This document shows positions 39,137-48,931 of a DNA stretch of 64,000 nt, in pieces. The position numbers were made by a program, and so were the translations under genes. Source of the stretch: Erysipelotrichales bacterium (GTDB lineage Bacteria > Bacillota_I > Bacilli_A > RF39 > UBA660); NCBI GenBank assembly GCA_022508565.1, contig JAFLUY010000006.1, forward strand, positions 45,149-109,148, written 5' to 3'. The notes below the pieces were generated by a model, which worked only from the letters and a program-made list of their open reading frames with translations, ran no database searches and was not told the DNA's origin. Each line of letters opens with the position of its first letter. The first letter of the stretch is position 1.

Positions 39137-39745
39137 ATGAAGTATTTAAAAGGCAACAAATTGATTTCTCATCTTTTTGCTATATCAAGTATATTGCTAG
39201 CTGTAGCTTGTTTCACAATAACAAGTTCATTTGCATTTCCAGATAACGTTAGTGCATTAAAAAAATGGAGTGTATATTTTGAAGAAGTTATAGAAAAGGA
39301 TTTAAATGGAGATGTATTTGTTAAAAATAATTATTTGACTGTTAATGCTTCTTTAAATCAAACTAATAATATTTATAAATTTATAACTAATATAAAAAAT
39401 GATGGTGCATATGATGCTAAGTTATCTGATATTAATATTACTGACATTAGTAATGTAAGTATTGGAACTAGCGAACTATCAGGAATTACTTATTATTTAA
39501 GTGATTATGTTGATATATATATTAAGTATAAAGAAGACAATAAATCAAATAAAGTAATTGAAGGAAATGATTTATCTTTAGGAGATATATTAGACAAAAA
39601 CACAAGTAATAGTTTAATCTTTAGTGTTAAATTAAAAGATGAATCTAATTTAACAGAAGATCAAATAAGTGTTTTAAATGCAAAGCCAAATGGGAACTTA
39701 AACTTTAGTTTAAGTATAGGTGTAAATTATATTGAAAAGAAGTAA
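39137..39745 (+). CDS. secreted hypothetical protein (signal peptide; possible TasA/camelysin-like N-terminus)
   Basis: Signal peptide ending SSFAFPDNVSA, which loosely resembles the SipW-cognate AAFND motif. Beta-rich body. Confidence 0.45.
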   Translation: MKYLKGNKLISHLFAISSILLAVACFTITSSFAFPDNVSALKKWSVYFEEVIEKDLNGDVFVKNNYLTVNASLNQTNNIYKFITNIKNDGAYDAKLSDINITDISNVSIGTSELSGITYYLSDYVDIYIKYKEDNKSNKVIEGNDLSLGDILDKNTSNSLIFSVKLKDESNLTEDQISVLNAKPNGNLNFSLSIGVNYIEKK

Positions 39746-39773
39746 TAAATAAAAAGGGATTAGGAGTGATACT

Positions 39774-40793
39774 ATGAAAAATAATAAAGTAGCTCTTTAT
39801 TATGGACTTATGATAGTATTATTAATTTTAATTGGTGTATCATCATTTTTCTTTAATTATTTTTATGATATGAGAAATGAAGATTTATCAATTGAAAAAA
39901 TGCAAATTAGTGAGTCTAATTATATGGGATATAATGTCAAATTATTTGATAATGACTTCTTTAAAACTAAAGAAGATGAAACAAACTATGTCCTATCGCT
40001 AATTGATAATATAAATACTTATTTTAATATAAATACAACTTTCTCTTTGCCCGTGGAGGGTGAGTATAGTTTCTTTGTAAGAGGCTATATAATTATGAAA
40101 CAAGGCGATGAAGTTGTAAAAAATGAAATCTATACTGGTGATATAAATAAATTTTTACTTGATGGAAGTGTAATTAATCTAAGTAATTCTTTTGATATAG
40201 ATTTAGATTCAGTTATTAAATCTTATAAAGAACAAACCCAAATTCTTGATATAGATGTTGTTAGTAACATTCAGTATGATGTAACATATAACTATTCTGT
40301 GTTTAGTGAGAATTTAGGAAAATCATTAGTTAATTCTAAGACACTAACTGTTAGTATTCCTGTTAATGATATTACAAATATTACAGTAACAGAAGATAAA
40401 GAAGAAAAAAGAGATGAATTTAGTGAACTTGATTATGATGATAATAAAATATATCTAATTATCTGTTTAGAATTTTTAGGTTCAATTATTATATTTATTC
40501 TACTTATAGTTTTAATTGTTAAAAGAGTAAATGGACAAGTTGGTGTTTATCAAGATAAATTAGATAGTCTAAAGAAAAAATATGAAAAATATTTAGTTTA
40601 TTTAAAAGAATTACCTGATTTATCAAATCATAAAGTATTATTTGTACAAAGTATGGAAGATCTAGTTAAAACATCTGATAAAACAAAAATACCTATTAGC
40701 TACATCGAAGTAGTTGAAAAGTGTGAATCTACATTTATGATAATCAATGATAATACAGCTTATGTTTACAAATTAAGTAGAAAGAATGCGTGA
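39774..40793 (+). CDS. bitopic membrane protein (N-terminal TM, large extracytoplasmic domain, second TM near the C-terminus, short cytoplasmic tail)
   Basis: AGGAGTGA RBS. TM helices at residues about 8-30 and 225-250. Confidence 0.55.
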   Translation: MKNNKVALYYGLMIVLLILIGVSSFFFNYFYDMRNEDLSIEKMQISESNYMGYNVKLFDNDFFKTKEDETNYVLSLIDNINTYFNINTTFSLPVEGEYSFFVRGYIIMKQGDEVVKNEIYTGDINKFLLDGSVINLSNSFDIDLDSVIKSYKEQTQILDIDVVSNIQYDVTYNYSVFSENLGKSLVNSKTLTVSIPVNDITNITVTEDKEEKRDEFSELDYDDNKIYLIICLEFLGSIIIFILLIVLIVKRVNGQVGVYQDKLDSLKKKYEKYLVYLKELPDLSNHKVLFVQSMEDLVKTSDKTKIPISYIEVVEKCESTFMIINDNTAYVYKLSRKNA

Positions 40794-40808
40794 AACATTC
40801 TTTTTTTT
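40762..40808 (+). repeat. direct repeat copy 1 (about 45 nt, includes a terminator hairpin and the last codons of the 39774 gene)
   Basis: GTTTACAAATTAAGTAGAAAGAATGCGTGAAACATTCTTTTTTTT matches 42216-42262 at about 44 of 47 positions. Confidence 0.6.
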
Positions 40809-40934
40809 GTTGAACTTATTATATAATTTGATTTACAAAAAGATGTAAACTATTGTTTTGCTTAATGTAAAAACTATATAATCAGTAATATTTAATGCTA
40901 AAATAATAATATAAAATAGGAGGAACTTTAAACT

Positions 40935-42176
40935 ATGAAAAAAAGAAATGTAATATTATTAATAGTATTAATGGTAGTTGGATTTGCGGCAGTAAGTACA
41001 ACGTTATATATAAATGGAACTGCAACTATTGGAGCAGACCAAGCAAGTTTTGAAGGAGATGTAATATTTACAAAAGCAGAAACTGATGAAGATGGATTTG
41101 CAGAAATAGATGAAACAACAAAAACAAAAATAACGTTTGTGTCAAAGACATTAATGGCTGTAAATGAAGTTAGTAGATTAGATTTTGAAGTAAGTAATTA
41201 TTCAAGAAACTATGATGCAGTAGTAAAAATCAATTGTATAGTAGATGAAGAAAGCGAATATGCAGAATATATAAAAATAGAAAAAGATTTAATATTAAAT
41301 GACGGAGAAGATGAAAAAGATAAATACATAATAGAAGCTGGAAAAAGAAAACAAGGATATATAACAGCAAGATTAGTAAAAAGCTATGTGGGAGAAAAAG
41401 AAGAAGAAATAAGTATAACATGTGAATTAAATGTGGAAGGAAGAGAAAGAGATAATTTAGCAGAGCCACTTGAAGAAGAACCCGAAGAATGCGAAGAAGA
41501 ATTAATATGTAATAGCAACACTGGAAATTGTTATATAGATAGTAATTGTAATGAAGAACTTGATTTAACAGAAGAAGTAATAATAAACGAAACAGAACAC
41601 TTTTTTGTAATTGCTAGCGATAGCGACAATCTGGATTTATTAGCTAAATTTAATGTAGATATAACCAACAAAAAACAATATAACGCATCAACACCAATGA
41701 ATACATATAAGACACAATTTTCAAAAAGCACATATTGGAAATGTACAAGTAATAAGAGTGAAAAATATACATTTGGAGATTGTTTTGATATGTATGGAAA
41801 TTATGAAAACCTTAATAAACAAACAAGTTCGAACGCAACAGCAATAAATGCAGCGGCAGATTATGCACAAAAAGTAATAGGTAATAGAACAAAAGGTAGG
41901 TTATTAACAATTGATGATGTAGAAAAATTAAGTACAACTAACCCAACAGTGGAAGTAACAGGAAATTATAGAGATATATTACTTGGGACATATACAGATG
42001 CTGGTTATTTTGAATATTGGTTAGGTTCTGCATGTAAAATTAGTGGTGGTCCTGCTTACTTATGGGTTGGAGGATGCAGAAGTTCAAAAATAGAAAGTAC
42101 CGATTGGGATTATCCGTTTCCTGGAGTTCGCCCAGTTATAGAAGTCTCTAAAAATTTAATTGTAACTGAAGAATAG
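40935..42176 (+). CDS. secreted hypothetical protein with an acidic, Cys-containing central region
   Basis: GGAGGAAC RBS. N-terminal hydrophobic signal-like segment, EEPEECEEELICNSNTGNCYIDSNCNEE cluster, conserved-looking C-terminal domain (GSACKISGGPAYLWVGGC). Confidence 0.5.
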   Translation: MKKRNVILLIVLMVVGFAAVSTTLYINGTATIGADQASFEGDVIFTKAETDEDGFAEIDETTKTKITFVSKTLMAVNEVSRLDFEVSNYSRNYDAVVKINCIVDEESEYAEYIKIEKDLILNDGEDEKDKYIIEAGKRKQGYITARLVKSYVGEKEEEISITCELNVEGRERDNLAEPLEEEPEECEEELICNSNTGNCYIDSNCNEELDLTEEVIINETEHFFVIASDSDNLDLLAKFNVDITNKKQYNASTPMNTYKTQFSKSTYWKCTSNKSEKYTFGDCFDMYGNYENLNKQTSSNATAINAAADYAQKVIGNRTKGRLLTIDDVEKLSTTNPTVEVTGNYRDILLGTYTDAGYFEYWLGSACKISGGPAYLWVGGCRSSKIESTDWDYPFPGVRPVIEVSKNLIVTEE

Positions 42177-42215
42177 TTGACTATTATGAAATAATCTAAC
42201 TAATAATTTTGTAAT

Positions 42216-42262
42216 CAAAGTTTACAAATTAAATAGAAAGAATGCTTGAGACATTCTTTTTT
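42216..42262 (+). repeat. direct repeat copy 2 (non-coding, acts as the terminator after the 40935 gene)
   Basis: GTTTACAAATTAAATAGAAAGAATGCTTGAGACATTCTTTTTTTA. Confidence 0.6.
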
Positions 42263-42298
42263 TATCTTTTTTTTAGTATAATTATTTAGGTGGTTATA

Positions 42299-43195
42299 AT
42301 GCTAAGAATAAGAAATTACTTATTAAAAAATAATCTAATAAAAAAAGATACTGTAATTGTAAACATAACTGACATTCATAGTGAATATAAAAAACTAAAA
42401 GATATAGTTAAATATATTGATTTAATTCAACCAGATATTGTAACTATATCTGGTGATACATTAGATTCAATAAATAATGCAAACAATCAAGAAGTTTTCA
42501 ATTTATTAGTTGAATTGTCAAAAAAAGTAAAATTATTTATTGGTGTTGGCAATCATGATTCTTTAATAATAAAAAAGTCAGGTCTTTTTGCTAAAACGCG
42601 TGAAGTCAAAGATTATACATTCTTTGATAATCTAAAGAAAGAAACAGATGCTAAAGTATTTATTGATAATAATGAAGTTTATGATATTAATGGTATAAGA
42701 ATACTTGGTTTTAATCTTCCTATTGAATGGTATAAAGATGGTGAAAATGTTTTAGAATTTAATAAAAGATTTGATACTTATAAAAAAGAGATAAATTTAA
42801 GTGATGATGTATTTAGTGTTCTATTAATACATTCTTGTAATGGAATTATAAATAACAATAAGCTAAATAATGAAATAAATGGAGTTAACTTAGTGTTATC
42901 TGGACATAATCATGCTGGTATTACGCCTGAATTTATTCAAAAATATGCGAAGATGAATCGTGGCTTAATTGGTCCTTACTCAAAATGGTTTATGAGTGGT
43001 TGTTATGGATATTGGACAAATAATAACACCAGTGTAATTCTTTCTAATGGTGTGACAAAAATGGGTAAAAGTCATGGTTCAAAATTAGTGCGCAGTTTAG
43101 TTAATGGAATTTTAAAAAGCGATATAGAAGTTATAACTTTAACAAATGGTAATGAACATAGTTTAGAGTTAACTAGTATTATTCACCAAAAATAG
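42299..43195 (+). CDS. calcineurin-like metallophosphoesterase
   Basis: AGGTGG RBS. DIH...GDTLD...GNHD motifs. Confidence 0.7.
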   Translation: MLRIRNYLLKNNLIKKDTVIVNITDIHSEYKKLKDIVKYIDLIQPDIVTISGDTLDSINNANNQEVFNLLVELSKKVKLFIGVGNHDSLIIKKSGLFAKTREVKDYTFFDNLKKETDAKVFIDNNEVYDINGIRILGFNLPIEWYKDGENVLEFNKRFDTYKKEINLSDDVFSVLLIHSCNGIINNNKLNNEINGVNLVLSGHNHAGITPEFIQKYAKMNRGLIGPYSKWFMSGCYGYWTNNNTSVILSNGVTKMGKSHGSKLVRSLVNGILKSDIEVITLTNGNEHSLELTSIIHQK

Positions 43196-43227
43196 GCTAA
43201 GTACATAATATATACTGAGGTGTATAT

Positions 43228-43470
43228 ATGGAACTTAATGATAGTCTATTTAGTAAGGTTGAAAAGAAAACCAATGTTTCGAAAGAAAATATTGTTAATA
43301 TTGCATCAAAATTAAATGAAGGCAATATGAAAGATCCAAAAACTTTAAGTGAAATAATTCAAGAACTTTCAACATTAACAGGTAAAAAGGTTAGTAAAGA
43401 AAAAGAAGATAAAATAATAGATTTAATTGTAAATGACAAGGTACCAAATAATGTAGATAAAATGTTTTAA
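43228..43470 (+). CDS. small charged protein, possibly stage VI sporulation protein F (SpoVIF)-like
   Basis: 80 aa, lysine-rich. Assigned from recalled family pattern only. Confidence 0.3.
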   Translation: MELNDSLFSKVEKKTNVSKENIVNIASKLNEGNMKDPKTLSEIIQELSTLTGKKVSKEKEDKIIDLIVNDKVPNNVDKMF

Positions 43471-43508
43471 AAATGTGATATAATAAATGTAGAATAGGAC
43501 GTGGTTTT

Positions 43509-44012
43509 ATGTTATTTACTGAAGAAGTAAAAGATATGAGTGAATTAGTTGATAAATTAAGTACATTCGACCAAGATTTTGGAAAAATAAAAGTCTGCGT
43601 AGTTTGTTTTATCTTTGATAAAAATGGGTATGTAATTTTAAATAGAAGAGGCCCAGGAGCGAGAGATGAAATTGGAAAGCTTCAAGCTATAGGCGGATCT
43701 GTTAATAACAGTGATGCAAATTTCCGTGAAGCAATGGTGCGTGAAATTAGAGAAGAAGCTGGAGTAAACGCACATGTAGAACTAGGAGAATTCTTAGGAG
43801 CTCAGCTAAATCCGGCAATCGATTCAATGAGCAAAGAATTAATTAATTGGATTATTCTTGGATATAAAGGTAATCTAGTAGAAGGTGATGTTGAAAACAT
43901 GGAACCTGATCGTTGCTCTGGATTTGAAAGAGGATACATGACTGAATTTAATAGAGAAGAATTATCTATAACTGTTGATAGATTTATACAAAAAATGTTA
44001 AATGAGAAGTAG
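43509..44012 (+). CDS. NUDIX hydrolase
   Basis: Nudix box GGSVNNSDANFREAMVREIREEAGV. Confidence 0.75.
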   Translation: MLFTEEVKDMSELVDKLSTFDQDFGKIKVCVVCFIFDKNGYVILNRRGPGARDEIGKLQAIGGSVNNSDANFREAMVREIREEAGVNAHVELGEFLGAQLNPAIDSMSKELINWIILGYKGNLVEGDVENMEPDRCSGFERGYMTEFNREELSITVDRFIQKMLNEK

Positions 44013-44067
44013 TAATAATCTACTTCTTATTTTTGTGATATAATTCTTTTAGAATAGGATAGTATTT

Positions 44068-45057
44068 ATGAAAAAATATTTCTTTAATGAAGATGGTACA
44101 ATTAAAATTATAACTGCGATTATCTTAATTGCTATTATATTTGTTATAGCAGTTGTTTTAATTGTTGTTAAATTATATAAAAATGATTATTTTAATGATT
44201 TTGAACCTCATACAACTAAAAAAATTACATCAAAATTAGTTATGTGTGATGATTGTATCATGAAATTTACTGTCGATGAGCTTGTATTAAATCCATATTC
44301 TGAATATGGATTTGGAACATATATTGAAGTTGAAAACATTGCTATTAACAGTGTTAAATTTGAAATTGAAGATACAAGTTTATTTTCTATTGAAAATAGG
44401 GGTGGCAAGCTTACTCTTGTTACCAAGAATAAGGTTGGAGAAACTAAATTAACTGCAACATATGATAAAATAAAAATAAGTATTCCTGTTAAAATTGAAG
44501 TCCTTGATATTAAAACTGTAAGTTTTGTTAATCATCCATATTATGTATATAACGGAAAAGAGAATGATATAGAAATTATTACTGATCCAATTGGGATCGA
44601 TTTATCACTTTTAGATATAAGCGTTGAAAATACTGATATAGCTGAATTTATCGATGGAAAATTAATTGGTAAAAGTATTGGTGAAACAATAATAAACATA
44701 AACTTTAAAGGAGAAGTATTTACACAAGATATAATTGTCTTGGATGATTTAATTCATATTTATGAAACTTCAAACAAAGAAGAATTATATAATATAAAAT
44801 TATCAGATATAAAAGATAATATAATAAATATTGTGCTAACTTTGGATGATAATAAAAATATAGGTTATACTTCTGATAATATAGAAATTTCGCATTATGA
44901 TGAGAATACAGAAGTAATAGTTGAATATGACGGACAAAATATTTCAACTCCTAGAAGTTATAAATATAAGATAACATTAAGTAATACTGTCGACTGCTCA
45001 TCAGTTATCAAGTTTAATATCAATAATGACACTTATAGGTTATTAACTATAGAATAA
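44068..45057 (+). CDS. membrane-anchored protein with bacterial Ig-like (Big_2-type) domains
   Basis: N-terminal TM helix. Repeated beta-rich segments such as LTATYDKIKISIPVKIEV and FIDGKLIGKSIGETIININFKGEVFTQDIIV. Confidence 0.5.
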   Translation: MKKYFFNEDGTIKIITAIILIAIIFVIAVVLIVVKLYKNDYFNDFEPHTTKKITSKLVMCDDCIMKFTVDELVLNPYSEYGFGTYIEVENIAINSVKFEIEDTSLFSIENRGGKLTLVTKNKVGETKLTATYDKIKISIPVKIEVLDIKTVSFVNHPYYVYNGKENDIEIITDPIGIDLSLLDISVENTDIAEFIDGKLIGKSIGETIININFKGEVFTQDIIVLDDLIHIYETSNKEELYNIKLSDIKDNIINIVLTLDDNKNIGYTSDNIEISHYDENTEVIVEYDGQNISTPRSYKYKITLSNTVDCSSVIKFNINNDTYRLLTIE

Positions 45058-45136
45058 TAAAAAGAACTTAAATGTTCTTTTTTTATGTATAAATAATTAT
45101 TTTTCTCATACGATTAAGTGAAAGGAAATAATAATT

Positions 45137-46615
45137 ATGGAGATGAAAGAAATAATTGAAAGTATATCTAGAAGAGGAAACGGCTCAATATATCTTGGTG
45201 TAGTAGGAGCTGTTAGAACTGGTAAATCAACATTTATAAAAAGAGTTATAGAAAACTTAGTTGTTCCAAATATAGAAGATGAATATGAAAAAAAGAAATG
45301 TTTAGATGAAATACCTCAATCTTCTAATGGTAAACAAATAATGACAACTGAACCTAAATTTGTTCCGTCTAATGGAGCTAATATAAAAATAGATGATTTT
45401 ACTACTAGTATAAAGTTGATTGACTGTGTAGGTTTTGTAATTGATAATTCAATTGGTTATGAAGATAATGAAGGTAACCCTAGACTAGTTAATACTCCTT
45501 GGTACAGCGAAGCTATTCCATTTATAGAAGCTGCTGAAATTGGAACAGAAAAAGTTATAAAAGATCATTCAACAATTGGTATTGTTATAACTTCCGATGG
45601 TTCATTTAATGATTTTAGAAGAAATGATTATTTAGATGCAGAAGAAAAAGTTATTAATGAACTTAAAGGATTGAATAAACCTTTTATTGTTTTACTTAAT
45701 ACAACTAAACCAAATGATGAGTCTACAATAAAAATCAAACACGAAATAGAAGAAAAATATGAAGTAGAAGTTATGCCAATTGATATTGAAAATATGGGTA
45801 AAAAAGAAATCAATGACGTTTTAAGAAGTGCTGTTGATGAATTCCCAGTTGTTGATGTTAATGTTAAACTACCAGAATGGATACATGTACTTTCAAATAA
45901 AAACGAAGTTAAATTTCATTATTTAGAAAAAATAAAAGAAAGTGTTATTAATGTTAATAAAATAAAAGATGTTAATAACATAATTAATTACTATCAAGAT
46001 AGTCCTTATATTAGTAGAGCTTATATTTCAAATGTTGATATAGGTTCTGGTATTGTATCTTTAAATCTTGAAAGTCCAGAGGACTTATATGATGAAACTT
46101 TAAAAGGAATACTTGGCGATACTGATATTAATAAAGCTACTATCTTAAAACTATTAAGTGAATATAAAGAATCACGTGAAGAAACAAGTTCTTTAAGCGA
46201 TGCTTTAAAAATGGTTTATAGCACTGGCTATGGAATAGTTTATCCAACATTGAAAGATATGAAACTAGAAAAACCAGAAGTTATTAAACAAGGTAGTAGA
46301 TATGGCGTTAGACTTAATGCCAAAGCAACAAGTATTCATATGATTAAAGTTGATGTTGAATCAACATTTGAACCAATCATAGGTTCTGAAGTTCAATCAA
46401 AAGAACTAATTGATTATATTATGAAAGATTATGCATCTGATCCAACAAGTATTTGGAAGAGTGAGATCTTCGGTAGAAGTTTAGATAATATTGTAAAAGA
46501 AGGCATTCAAGCAAAACTTTCGATGATGAAAGATACAACAAGATACAAATTATCTTCAACTGTTACCAAAATTGTTAATAAAGGAACAGATAAATTAATT
46601 GCAATAGTATTATAA
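45137..46615 (+). CDS. spoIVA: stage IV sporulation protein A
   Basis: N-terminus GSIYLGVVGAVRTGKSTFIKRVIENLVVPNI...QIMTTEPKFVP...NTPWYSEAIPF...EAAEIGT.KVI.DHSTIG.VIT.DG matches SpoIVA motif for motif, including the Walker A. Confidence 0.9.
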   Translation: MEMKEIIESISRRGNGSIYLGVVGAVRTGKSTFIKRVIENLVVPNIEDEYEKKKCLDEIPQSSNGKQIMTTEPKFVPSNGANIKIDDFTTSIKLIDCVGFVIDNSIGYEDNEGNPRLVNTPWYSEAIPFIEAAEIGTEKVIKDHSTIGIVITSDGSFNDFRRNDYLDAEEKVINELKGLNKPFIVLLNTTKPNDESTIKIKHEIEEKYEVEVMPIDIENMGKKEINDVLRSAVDEFPVVDVNVKLPEWIHVLSNKNEVKFHYLEKIKESVINVNKIKDVNNIINYYQDSPYISRAYISNVDIGSGIVSLNLESPEDLYDETLKGILGDTDINKATILKLLSEYKESREETSSLSDALKMVYSTGYGIVYPTLKDMKLEKPEVIKQGSRYGVRLNAKATSIHMIKVDVESTFEPIIGSEVQSKELIDYIMKDYASDPTSIWKSEIFGRSLDNIVKEGIQAKLSMMKDTTRYKLSSTVTKIVNKGTDKLIAIVL

Positions 46616-46748
46616 GAGAAAAATAATATTTTTTTCTCTTTTTTTGTTATAATAGAGCTAATTGCAACCAATTGTTTACAAAAAACAACCTTAAGTTGGT
46701 AGAATGCAACCGAAAATAATACTAAAATTTAGTTGTGAGGTGATAATT

Positions 46749-48455
46749 ATGAGTTTTGATAAAAAGCTCCAAAGTCTAAGAAAAACTGCTGGTTTAAGTC
46801 AAGAAGACTTGGCTAATGAATTAGGAGTATCTAGACAAGCTGTTTCCAAATGGGAATCAGGTGTAAGTTATCCAGAAATGGATAAGTTAATCTTAATGAC
46901 TAAGTTATTTAAATGTAGTTTAGATGAATTAGTTAATGATGAAATAAAGGATTCATCAATTATGAAACCAAAAGCAAGTAAAGGACAAGCTTATATTGAT
47001 AGCTTATTAGAATTTATTAATAAATCTATTAATATGTTTACATCAATGAAACTTGGTAGTGTTATTAAATGCTTACTTGAATTGTTTATTTTAGGGTTTT
47101 TGATATTCATGATAAGTTATATTATATATGACTTTGCAGAATATATGATCTTTAATCTTATTCCATATTCTCTTTATGATAAGTTAAGGTATATTGGATA
47201 CTTCTTATGCGATATTGTAATTTTATTACTAATTGCATTAGATGTAATAATCTTCTTTCAATTCTATAAAATTAGATATTTAGATTACTATGACAAATTA
47301 GTTTATCAATTTGAAGTTAAAAAAGATGAAAAGAAAGATGAAAAACAAGATAATATAGAAATTGAAGAAGATATTAAAGAAACTAAGAAAAGCATCAAAA
47401 AAACTGAAAGAATTATAATAAGAGATCCAGAACACAGACCACTTGCATTTTTATCAACTATTTCAAGAGGAATAATCTGGTGTATTAAAATTATATTAAG
47501 ATTATTTACTTTACCATTTTTAGGATTACTAATATTTTCAATTGTATCATTTGTTGTTTCTCTTTATTTAATAACCTATAACACTGTATTTATTGGAGTA
47601 AGTGTTTCAATAGTTGGTGTAATTGGTTTAACAATTTTAATAATTAGAACTATAAATGATGATTTATTTAAAAAAGCTTATCCAATTAGATTAATGTCAA
47701 TATTGTTATTAGTATTTATATTTATTGCTAGTATTGGAGTAGGTTTATCATTAATCAAATTTAAAGATATTAAAATAATTGAATACAATCATAAAAATGA
47801 ATTAAAAGAAAATGTTGATTATAATGATGAGTTATATTTGAATATATTATCAGCTTCTGATGGTAACGCAATAGATTTTGTGGTTGATGATAGTTTAAAA
47901 AATGTAGAAATAAGTGTTGAATACGATCAATCTTATTTAGATTATGAATTTACCAAAATAGCTAATGATAAAAAATATTTATTATTGCGTAAATACTATA
48001 ATAACGAAAATGATGTTATTTTATCTCTTGATGAATTCCTTGATAATTTAAAACATAATAAGATTTTTATCTATGGTTATAGATATTATTCAACTATAAC
48101 TGTTAAGGCAAGTGAAAAACACATTAGAAGTTTAATTAATAATATAAGCAAAAAAGAAGTAATTGATTCAGAAAGAATTGTTTATAATGGCGATACTATT
48201 TACGTTGTAAGTGAAGCACATACTGCAAATGATGATGCAGAGAAGGTTTGTGAATTTAATGATTATTATAATAAATGTATTTATGTTATCCGTGATACAG
48301 ATGATTCTGATTTTGCTTATACTTATAAAAATGGCAAGCTAGAATATGATACTAAGAAGTATAAATGCTATTATGATGAATATTCATATGTATGTTTCAA
48401 TAACCCTGATTATGTAGTTCCAATTGAAGTTGAAGGATTCGACTCAGAAGAGTAA
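46749..48455 (+). CDS. XRE-family HTH membrane protein (N-terminal Cro/C1 HTH, multiple TM helices, C-terminal extracytoplasmic domain)
   Basis: GAGGTGA RBS. LRKTAGLSQEDLANELGVSRQAVSKWESG HTH, then about 6 TM helices. Confidence 0.65.
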   Translation: MSFDKKLQSLRKTAGLSQEDLANELGVSRQAVSKWESGVSYPEMDKLILMTKLFKCSLDELVNDEIKDSSIMKPKASKGQAYIDSLLEFINKSINMFTSMKLGSVIKCLLELFILGFLIFMISYIIYDFAEYMIFNLIPYSLYDKLRYIGYFLCDIVILLLIALDVIIFFQFYKIRYLDYYDKLVYQFEVKKDEKKDEKQDNIEIEEDIKETKKSIKKTERIIIRDPEHRPLAFLSTISRGIIWCIKIILRLFTLPFLGLLIFSIVSFVVSLYLITYNTVFIGVSVSIVGVIGLTILIIRTINDDLFKKAYPIRLMSILLLVFIFIASIGVGLSLIKFKDIKIIEYNHKNELKENVDYNDELYLNILSASDGNAIDFVVDDSLKNVEISVEYDQSYLDYEFTKIANDKKYLLLRKYYNNENDVILSLDEFLDNLKHNKIFIYGYRYYSTITVKASEKHIRSLINNISKKEVIDSERIVYNGDTIYVVSEAHTANDDAEKVCEFNDYYNKCIYVIRDTDDSDFAYTYKNGKLEYDTKKYKCYYDEYSYVCFNNPDYVVPIEVEGFDSEE

Positions 48456-48535
48456 AAGGCTTAAGTAATTAAGCCTTTTATATTGAAAAAATACCTTTAT
48501 TATATTAAAATACATATAGAATAGAGGAATACTGA

Positions 48536-48922
48536 ATGAATAATGAGAACAATAATCATGAAGTAGTTGCAGTTAATACAACTGAGAAAAAAGTAGTAAC
48601 AACACAAAATATAAATAAAAAGACTCCAGGTACTGAAAAAACTATGGAGCAACACATGGAAGAAAATTTAAAAAAAACAAAAGTAGTTGTTGACTGGAAA
48701 ACTTTATTTACATATATTTTATTAATTGCAATAGTTGCTGGAGCTGTTTTATTAATATTCCATTTATATGATAAATATAGTGAAGGTAACAATGCAAATA
48801 CAACTAAAGCCACAACTAGAGGTTTATATACAACGACGGCAACAACTAAAGAAGTTCATTACGAAACAACAACTGCTATGCCAACAGAAGTTACACATAC
48901 AGTTTTTGATAGAAATAGATAG
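48536..48922 (+). CDS. small bitopic membrane protein with a Thr-rich C-terminus
   Basis: AGAGGA RBS. Single TM helix (LFTYILLIAIVAGAVLLIF). Confidence 0.45.
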   Translation: MNNENNNHEVVAVNTTEKKVVTTQNINKKTPGTEKTMEQHMEENLKKTKVVVDWKTLFTYILLIAIVAGAVLLIFHLYDKYSEGNNANTTKATTRGLYTTTATTKEVHYETTTAMPTEVTHTVFDRNR

Positions 48923-48931
48923 AGGTGTTTT

